From: Phallusia mammillata
Taxonomy: Eukaryota
DNA: 64,000 nucleotides
Direction of reading: 5' to 3'
NCBI GenBank assembly: GCA_965637545.1
Contig: OZ281498.1
Span: 27,652,001 to 27,716,000 of the forward strand
The translations under genes and the position numbers were made by a program. Positions 1-8,137 of this stretch are shown here, piece after piece. Below the pieces are notes generated by a model. It saw only the letters and a list, made by a program, of their open reading frames with translations. It was not told the DNA's origin and made no database searches. Numbering within the stretch: position 1 is the first letter of the stretch; every line of letters starts with the position of its first letter.

Positions 1-1806
1 CTAACCTCATTTTTATCGCATTGTATTTAGGGTAAAGGCGTTATGGTGTACTTTCGCACCATTGTGTGGGCAAGAATAATGATGGCTACTATTTGCGGGA
101 AAGATACTGTAACAAACACTAAATGGCATTGTATGCGCTGATACCATGAACAATACGATAGATGTGTTAAAAATAATGTACACTGGTGTATTTATATTTG
201 AACGTTTTTTTTTTAATTCCACAAACAGGTTTTTCCTTCCAAACACAAAACTGATTGCTGTTTCGTGTTTTAAGGAAAGTAGGTCGACAGTCACGCGTTT
301 CTGGAGAAGTTTTCGCGTTGCTGCTTTCCTTAATGCATCACTGCTATCCAGTTATTTGCGCAATTCTTCTCCAGTTTCGAATCAGTTTCTGTCGAATGAG
401 ATTTCCTTTAACCAACGCAAGCTATTGTTTATATATCCACAAGCGGCTATAAAACGCCTTGACAGGGTAAAGCAGGAAATTACACAATTACAATTTGACA
501 TTTCTTTAAACCCACAGACCAATTAAAGTTATTTGTGTGGCAGACATTAGATGCAGAAATATTAAAGCGCAAAAAAAGCTTAGTGCTTTATAAAAATAAC
601 ATATTACAAAACATTTGCTGCTATAAATTGACCCGCCATTGATAAATGATTCAATAAATTTTTACACGTCTAATTAAACTGGTACAACAAATTTCAAATG
701 GCGGTTTAAGATAATACAAAGTGTTACGAAATGGAAGTTTCATATGGTAGATATGCTGAACACGCATCCATAAAGTTTTTGAGCATATTTTTGAGTTTTG
801 TGCACCACACATACACTCACAAATTGGCTTCGTGAATCAGCACTATAGCGTTGGGCAGCTCGATGCCTATAAATAGGAAATTGGAACGCATATATGAGTC
901 TGAAGGCTGTATTGAAGCCGTAAGTATAATGGCTGAGACCAAGGATATGCTTTGTTACCCAATTTGCCATGGTCGAAATATTTTGCAAGGTTTCTGTTGT
1001 AAACGGGACTTGACCCCAAACGAGTTCACTTCCTGCTACGCCTTCCAACCCCAGTTGTTTATGACGTTTCCTTCTTTCCAAGTTGTTTCTAGGAGCGATC
1101 TCTGCATCACATGGAAACTTGTTTGTCGGAACTACGAAACTCTAGACGTCTTATGACCCTTGCACATCGTATTTTCGCAAAGGCAAATAAGGTCCCAAGA
1201 TTCAATCTAGGGGCGGCCCAGCGAAACTTTGTTTAAATCCGCCGAACGCGATTTCATCATTTCAATCACATCACTCACGAATCTAACGCGGTTATTGTCG
1301 AATCGTTGCAATTAAACATGCTACGCTCGTCACGTTTTTGAGTCGTTGCCAGGAAACAGGCAGTGACGTAGCGATAAAATGACGTCGGTGATTTTCACAA
1401 GCCAAATTTATTTAGTTTTCTTTCCGGGGTGGCAAGTTCCGCCATCGCAAATCATCTGTTGTAAAATTACCGAGTAAAACCACAACTATTTTACAGCCAT
1501 CCAAAATTAATGTCACAGTTCTGTTACGTAAAGGAATGCGTCTAATGTCTTTCATGTCAATGTAATGGTTCTCGTTTGTTTAATTAACTGAAAACAGTAT
1601 ATTTCATAACAAATTTTTCACAATGTTTATCACTGTTTGGTTTAAAGTTCGTTACAATGTAAAAGACAAATCGCGCGAGAGCTGATTTGCCATTAGCTTA
1701 ACGATTTATTTCTGTTAATTTCTTCCAAAACATTTTTAAAAAACTAATGATATCATTTTGTTGGTGAAATTACAAGAGCGTGACGATAACCAACCAACCA
1801 TGAATC

Positions 1807-1817
1807 GGGAATTTCCC
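1807..1817. promoter_or_regulatory. NF-kB (kB) site upstream of IL-17R-like gene 1
   Basis: GGGAATTTCCC, a palindromic GGGRNNYYCC-type site about 510 bp upstream of the ATG at 2325. Confidence 0.55.
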
Positions 1818-1860
1818 TCTTTGACGTAAAATTTCTCCGAACATTTTGAGTTTCGAAAAC

Positions 1861-1873
1861 AGTTTCGTTTCCT
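1861..1873. promoter_or_regulatory. ISRE/IRF-binding-like element
   Basis: AGTTTCGTTTCCT (reverse complement AGGAAACGAAACT, tandem GAAA half-sites), 44 bp from the kB site. Confidence 0.4.
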
Positions 1874-2324
1874 TCCTGTTAACTGTTTTTTATTGTACAG
1901 TTTAACGAATATAATGTTTTTTTGAAAAAATAATTATGTTTTTGCTATAAAATAATATTTAATGATATTTTTAGGAACGGCTAGTTTAAAAGTATCATAT
2001 TTAACCGTTTAAATAGATAGGGTCAGCTACTTGCAATGGCCACTAGTGGCTCCAGCTGATCCATTTTTGTTTGCGTCGTTGCTATTTCAATGCACATAAC
2101 TGATTACTTACTGCGCGTGAACGAAATAAATGAATTGAGTTGGGCTAAAAACTCAAAATAACGGATAAATTATAAACTGCAACTGTAAGCAGTATTTTAA
2201 AAAATGTTGTTTGTTTAAGATGATTTTTTTGTAACTATTAATTTTGTAGATGAATAGTAACATTTGTGTTTTTACTTTCAAAATGTTAATTTTAAATGTT
2301 TTTAGATGATCTGGTTACAGTGCA

Positions 2325-5300
2325 ATGTTTTCTTTAATTTTTTGTTGTTTCCTGATATCATTGTTTAATTCATGTCATCCACAAAGCTGTGAATGTCCCA
2401 ACAATTGTTCAACAACATCTACTAATTTATCGGGAAAAACTAACCACTCTATCAGTTGTTCAATTGTTAATGATTCCAGACAATGTGGAAACTTCACAAA
2501 TATCCAAGTCTCACCCCCACTGGATCTTACTGTTTCTGGTTACGTCGAAGAGATTAATTCAGTCCGTTATGCTGCACTTAAAATCACCTGGAAACCACCA
2601 CAAGATGTCACTATCACCAACTTAAAAGCCTTTCAGATAAGTTTAAACTGTGTGAAAGGTCAATGTACCGGCTCCAAAAATGTGTTTTATTGCATAAACA
2701 ACCCACTCAGTTTCAACAAGCATGCCCGTGCGTCCTTTAACTACGACTGCATGTGTTATCGAGTACATCCCGGGGATGTTATTGAAGTTATTGTGGCCAG
2801 TCTACCCCACATGGCTGACACACATGCCTACAACATCAGCAAGGAATACACGATTGATTGTAACAAACTGCAAAATGGAGAAGCATCTGAATGTCTTAAA
2901 GTGAATGTAAAATCATGGTGTGTTGATAATGAAGTCAAAGTAGAAGTGAAATATCATGTGCCGGGCTTTTTTACTGATCGACAACTAGTTGTTCGTGGCG
3001 TCATCAAGGATAGTCAGGTATTGGAGGCGTATAAAAAATATACAATTCAAGATGTTGATGGGAAGTTTCCTGTTTATATTAATCAAACAAAGTTGGATAT
3101 TAGCAAAGACATTGAATTTGAATTGTCCGGAATTTACAAAATGCGAACACAAAGAGATGTTGCGGTGTTGAATATTTCATCTTGTTCAGTGCCTCTGGTT
3201 GTCAATGAACCAAAATTATTGACTCCTATTCTTGCACCTGTGCTGGTCATTGTGTTCTTTGTGATAGTTTCTACTATTGTGGCTTACTTCATCATCAGAA
3301 AAACATGTTTTCCGAAGTTTTTGAAGTTGTGCTGCCCCGCATGGTTCGTCAAACGTCTAAATCCCTCACAATTTTCTGCAAACCGGGAAGACGCAAACCA
3401 GGTGACCATGCGTGATGATGTAGGTTTTAAGGGGGGTGTGGATGAACTATCTGGTCCCCTTAAAGTTTTAGTCACGTTTGTTGAAGATCACCCAAAACAT
3501 AAAGATATTGTTCTCAAGTTTGCTGCTTACCTACATCATGACCTTGGCTTCGAAGTTATTTTAGAGCTTTGGCAGCAAGATGAAATTTACCAAGATTGTG
3601 CATCATGGATTGAAAAGGCAATTGACCAATCAGATAAGTGGATTGTTATTTGGTCACCAGGAGCCAGAAAAAGGTGGGATGAATTTGCCACATCGGACTG
3701 CCACAAGCAAGACTTATTTACACCGCTGCTGAAAAAAGCTAAAAAGGATTTGTTTTACGACAAAAACAAAGACCGGTATTTTTTCACTTATTTTGATTAT
3801 TGCTCCAGTTCGGACATTCCCAAGGTTTTCTGTGACTTAACATTTTGTAGATTCAAACTCATGCAAGACTTTAAAGAGCTTTACTTTGGATTATATGGAC
3901 AACCATTGTATCAGCCTGGCGTTAAATCTGTGGAGAAAAAAGTTGAGTTTTCAACTTATGCAAAACCTGATGTCACCAAGTACGGGCTGGGATTGAAACA
4001 AGCGGTATCGGAAATGTCAAAAATTGCAAAGGAAAATCATGAATGGTATTTGTACAAGCCCTCACCAGTGTTAGCACCGAAAAACACGGAGCACGAACCT
4101 ATAAGTATAAGTGATGATTTCGTTTGTGTCAATCACATGGATATCATTCCTCCATCTTCGCCGATCCTTGATGCAGGAGAATTCAAATATAAATCTCAAA
4201 GTTGTAATCCACTTAAGGTGCAAGAAAACACTTCAAGGGATGTTAAACCAGATAAGAATTACGACGACTTTGGTGAAAGTTTAGAAATCAGCGGTTTCAT
4301 AAGTGAAGAAGATTTTGCACTGCAGAAAATCGAAGAAGCTACTCAACCCAAACTGGAGCAGTGTTTAAGCGAGGTTTCACCAAATAAAGAAATAAAGTCG
4401 GAAAACAAAAACGTCCCCACATTCTCCAACCCGAGATTCCAACAACCTAATATTGGTGACATTCAAGACAGTGTGGCAACTGAGGAGTCGTTTAGGAGTA
4501 TTGAAGTTAGTTGTTTATCTGACACAGATGGCAATTTTACCCAAAATTTAACTAATATGCCAGGAAATGTTCTTCATTACATCCCAGCTGTAACCCATGA
4601 CAACAGAGCAAGGCAAATGTCAAGAGACACAAAGTTTAGGCAACAAAATGGTAAAACTGTTTGTGAACACATTGATACTGAGGAGTCATTCAAGAGCATT
4701 GAAATCAGTGGTTTGTCTGACATGAATTCTGCTTCGGCGAGACAGGTTCCAGCTCAAAAATCTGTTCACTTTTCCGACACAAGAACTCAGCAACATACAG
4801 AACATGAGGTTGTGGACTCGTTAGATGATGTGAATTTGGAGATGAGTTGCCTTTCTACTGTCCCTACTGATTTAAGAGATAATCAGATGCGACAACAGAT
4901 GCCATTCACACATCCTGGCAGAAAACTGAATGATCAACAAGCAAGTGCTCATACAAGTGAAGTTTCTGATTCCTTTCGGAGCATTGAAATCAGTTGTCTA
5001 TCAGATGGTAGTAAATCCTTTCCACAGAAAAAACCTGTACAGACAAACCACCTTTTTCCAAATCCCAATCCAGCTTCTAAAAACCAACAACTTCAAGTTC
5101 ATAGCGTGGCAGATTCTAATGAAGATTTAAATGACTCCATCCAAACCATAGAAATCAGTAAAGATTTTATATCTCAAAGTTTCAACCAAGGGGCATCTCC
5201 TAGTTCAGAAATTGGTCCCAGCATCGAAATAAGTCAATATTCTGGTGATTTTGGACCTGACAGTTTCACAGCAAATCACCCAGCAAGTAAAACTATAGAA

Positions 5301-5720
5301 AAGTTTGAAACTACAAACCAAGGTGTGGATTTAAATAAACATGTACAGTGGGGTAAATGTGATTCGTTTCAAAGTGTTGAAATTAGTCAGGAATATTCAG
5401 AGTCACTTTCAGTTCAAATGCTACCATCATTACATGATGCTGATCAAAAAGCTCCACAACACCCACGGACTTTACCATCAACATCCCAACCTCTGGATAC
5501 AAATGCAAGGAACAAAGAAACAGAAAATTTGCAACCTAGAAGGGGCTTCAATTTTTCTTTCGACCCCTCAATTAATGCTGATTCATTTCACTTCCGCAGC
5601 GACACAAGTGATTTTAACCAATATGTTGCCAGCGAGGAAGTTCAACCAAAAGTCATCATCGCCCCGATTGATATGGAGAATGATCCTTGGAAATCTTTGG
5701 CTTCATTAAACAAATTTTAG
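2325..5720 (+). CDS. IL-17 receptor-like type I membrane protein with SEFIR domain and long Ser-rich tail (single-exon ORF, 1131 aa)
   Basis: Hydrophobic Cys-rich signal peptide; FN3-like ectodomain (PPLDLTVSG...LKITWKPPQD...LKAFQISL); TM segment ILAPVLVIVFFVIVSTIVAYFII; SEFIR-type segment KVLVTFVEDHPKHKDIVLKFAAYLHHDLGFEVILELW...KWIVIWSPGA...YFDY...FKLMQDFKELYF. Orthology to IL17RA-E cannot be decided by eye. Confidence 0.9.
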   Translation: MFSLIFCCFLISLFNSCHPQSCECPNNCSTTSTNLSGKTNHSISCSIVNDSRQCGNFTNIQVSPPLDLTVSGYVEEINSVRYAALKITWKPPQDVTITNLKAFQISLNCVKGQCTGSKNVFYCINNPLSFNKHARASFNYDCMCYRVHPGDVIEVIVASLPHMADTHAYNISKEYTIDCNKLQNGEASECLKVNVKSWCVDNEVKVEVKYHVPGFFTDRQLVVRGVIKDSQVLEAYKKYTIQDVDGKFPVYINQTKLDISKDIEFELSGIYKMRTQRDVAVLNISSCSVPLVVNEPKLLTPILAPVLVIVFFVIVSTIVAYFIIRKTCFPKFLKLCCPAWFVKRLNPSQFSANREDANQVTMRDDVGFKGGVDELSGPLKVLVTFVEDHPKHKDIVLKFAAYLHHDLGFEVILELWQQDEIYQDCASWIEKAIDQSDKWIVIWSPGARKRWDEFATSDCHKQDLFTPLLKKAKKDLFYDKNKDRYFFTYFDYCSSSDIPKVFCDLTFCRFKLMQDFKELYFGLYGQPLYQPGVKSVEKKVEFSTYAKPDVTKYGLGLKQAVSEMSKIAKENHEWYLYKPSPVLAPKNTEHEPISISDDFVCVNHMDIIPPSSPILDAGEFKYKSQSCNPLKVQENTSRDVKPDKNYDDFGESLEISGFISEEDFALQKIEEATQPKLEQCLSEVSPNKEIKSENKNVPTFSNPRFQQPNIGDIQDSVATEESFRSIEVSCLSDTDGNFTQNLTNMPGNVLHYIPAVTHDNRARQMSRDTKFRQQNGKTVCEHIDTEESFKSIEISGLSDMNSASARQVPAQKSVHFSDTRTQQHTEHEVVDSLDDVNLEMSCLSTVPTDLRDNQMRQQMPFTHPGRKLNDQQASAHTSEVSDSFRSIEISCLSDGSKSFPQKKPVQTNHLFPNPNPASKNQQLQVHSVADSNEDLNDSIQTIEISKDFISQSFNQGASPSSEIGPSIEISQYSGDFGPDSFTANHPASKTIEKFETTNQGVDLNKHVQWGKCDSFQSVEISQEYSESLSVQMLPSLHDADQKAPQHPRTLPSTSQPLDTNARNKETENLQPRRGFNFSFDPSINADSFHFRSDTSDFNQYVASEEVQPKVIIAPIDMENDPWKSLASLNKF

Positions 5721-5727
5721 GTTTATA

Positions 5728-5905
5728 TAAGCTATTGCTGTCGGGCATACTATAGCAAGTTTATAGAGCTTTTCTGGCAAATGTATTTTTATTCCGATGT
5801 TTCGTCCTCCAATACAGGTCGCCTTCATCAGGGTAAATAACACTGAATGCGACTAGTACAGTGCACGATAAAATACTTGCCAGAAGAGCTCTATAAACTT
5901 GAAAT
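5728..5905. mobile_element. Penelope-like element terminal remnant with internal inversion and a degenerate hammerhead, in the 3' UTR of IL-17R-like 1
   Basis: Inverted arms caagtttatagagct(t)ttctggcaa / ttgccagaagagctctataaacttg; minus strand carries ccCTGATGAagg...cGAAAcaTCgg; related sequence at about 7960, 29090, 57990 and 63450. Confidence 0.6.
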
Positions 5906-6724
5906 TTTGTTTGTAAAAATTTTAAATTTTTTTATGTCATTTTACAATTCTATTTAGATTCATGAAATTGGGTCCTTTGAACTTTTAGTCAAATGATAAA
6001 AAGCAAGTTTAAAACATACAAATGCCACTGTACTTCTGTGTGCTCTGTAATATGCTGCTGTGCTTGTGTTTTTATTTACCAACTTTTTGTCTTTTACACA
6101 CATAACTTCCAACAGTTTTTATCCTCATGTTTTAAATACTTTTTAGGTTTTTGTACAAAGATGTTTGTATTTTCTCTTGTACTCATTGTGTTTTACAAGT
6201 GGCTGTATTACCTTAAGCCTTAAGGTAAATCAAATTGGATTTTAAGTCTAATTTTAGTTTCAGCATGTAATGTTTCATGTGTTTTGCCACCAAGACTTTT
6301 TAGTAAAGTGTTATGAAGTGAAAAAATATTACTGTGAGCATTCAAATTGCCAATGTGAGATTTTTGCCATTATGAAATTTGTTTGTGTTTTAACATTACA
6401 ATCATTGCAACTGCCAAAATTGTGAGTGTTCCAGCAAATATACAGTGTCCATTTTTGTGATATTTTGTTGTACGACATGAAATTGCCAAATGTGAAGCAG
6501 TATGTTTTGTTCTGTGGCCATTCTTTGTTTTTCCATCATTTTTGTCACGCTTTAACTTTTTTTATGTGCACTAATTAATGTAAATAGGTAATAAATTTCT
6601 GCACGAAATTTTCGTATGGTTGCAAATAAATATGTGACAATTTTTAATCAAATTTGACAGATTAGTATCTCGTAAGTATAGCCCACCAAAAAGACATAAA
6701 TGAATAACTGGGATCAGCCCTGAA

Positions 6725-6979
6725 CATGCGCGCCAGCAGAAATTTTCCAAGGGGGGTAAAATTTTTACAAATTTGCAGGGATAGGTTACTATATCAAGTA
6801 ATTATGTACACATCCTTTGTTTAGACATTCACTTTGACTATATCAATTTCCCTTTTTTAAAAGCATTATCGTTTTCAGTCATCACGTTGGAGAAAAATGT
6901 TGTAATTTTGCGGTACTTTGAATTTTCGGGAGGGGGGGGTGCAAGTGCCCCCTCTTGCCCCTACGTGCCGGCGCCCATG
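6725..6979. mobile_element. hAT-type MITE
   Basis: TIRs catgcgcgcc / ggcgcccatg; perfect 8-bp TSD gccctgaa (6717-6724, 6980-6987). Confidence 0.85.
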
Positions 6980-7576
6980 GCCCTGAAACGTCGATGCAGA
7001 CCAGCGATCACGGCACAGATTTTCTAGCCTACGCCTTGCCATATGATGAATGCTTGGTGACTGGCAGATTCGATGTAAGGCCTTCAATGGACCTGGTGCA
7101 CTACAATGATTAAGAGCCCACAAAAAAGACTACAGTAACGAAGGTAAGGAAGCACAAAACACATCTTTCCCGCAAAACAACGTTGACAGTAAAAGTTTTG
7201 GTTTCTTCTAACGAAGGTTAAAGACGGGAAGGCAGAAGTTTTCGGGTATGTCCGTAAATCAGTGATTCTTAAACTGTGTGCTGTAAAATATTAAATTTAG
7301 AAAATCCAAACTTTTCTGGTATTTAGGACTTGATGACGAAATACGGGCGTACATGAGGTTTCAAAGTTCTTTTACCAAAACTAAGTTGAATTATTACGGT
7401 AACTTCTGTGTGTTTGACCTGCAAAGTGTACCACCGAAAAGATAATTTAGTTTGTTATAGCGCCGTATGCTTAAACGTTTGACAGCCACTGTAATAAATA
7501 CGCAGTATGGCTTTTGAACGCTCTGTTTTGCTTTCGTGCAATGACGTAACGGGAAAACACCTGGTGTACGTAACTA

Positions 7577-7587
7577 GGGGATTTCCC
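7577..7587. promoter_or_regulatory. NF-kB (kB) site upstream of IL-17R-like gene 2
   Basis: GGGGATTTCCC about 550 bp upstream of the ATG at 8138. Confidence 0.55.
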
Positions 7588-7959
7588 GAAACTGTAAAAG
7601 CTGTTTCGGCCAAAAAAAACAAACAAATTGCATTTGTGTTGAACTTGAAACAAAAACATACATATTAAAGGGTTGAAAAACACGCTTAGGTCTAAAAAGT
7701 TTAAAGTAGTGCTGTTTAAATGGGTACGAAAGTGTACATACTTGTAGTGCCGCAGGCCGGAAAAGTGTAGATGCGTATATATATTTAGCGCAACATAATA
7801 TTTCTCATCAGTTACGCACACGCAGTTGACGCAGCTGACGCAACTTAGTGGTGAAACTTGTTTCTGCTTGCGAAAGGGTTTTTGTTTAGTACTGACTACT
7901 GAGGTTTTAATCTAACGGTAGTTTTTAAATAATTATTAGAAGAATATGGTTATATGACA

Positions 7960-8055
7960 TGTTCGTATTGGACATCGAAACGTTGGCATATTAAAATAAA
8001 AAACTGCCGGAAGAGCTGAAATTTTGTTGATACATTATGCCTGGCAGCAACAGTA
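7960..8055 (+). mobile_element. Penelope-like remnant, 5'-truncated (GAAAcgTT half of the hammerhead only)
   Basis: ttcgtattggacatcgaaacgttggca...aactgccggaagagctgaaattttgttgatacattatgcctggcagcaacagt closely matches the reverse complement of 63450-63545. Confidence 0.6.
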
Positions 8056-8137
8056 TGTTCATGGGTATATGACAGCTGTTTTTTATTGATGTACAGGTTT
8101 CTTAAACATAGAGTAGCAAGCTTGGTAATGTTTAGCT

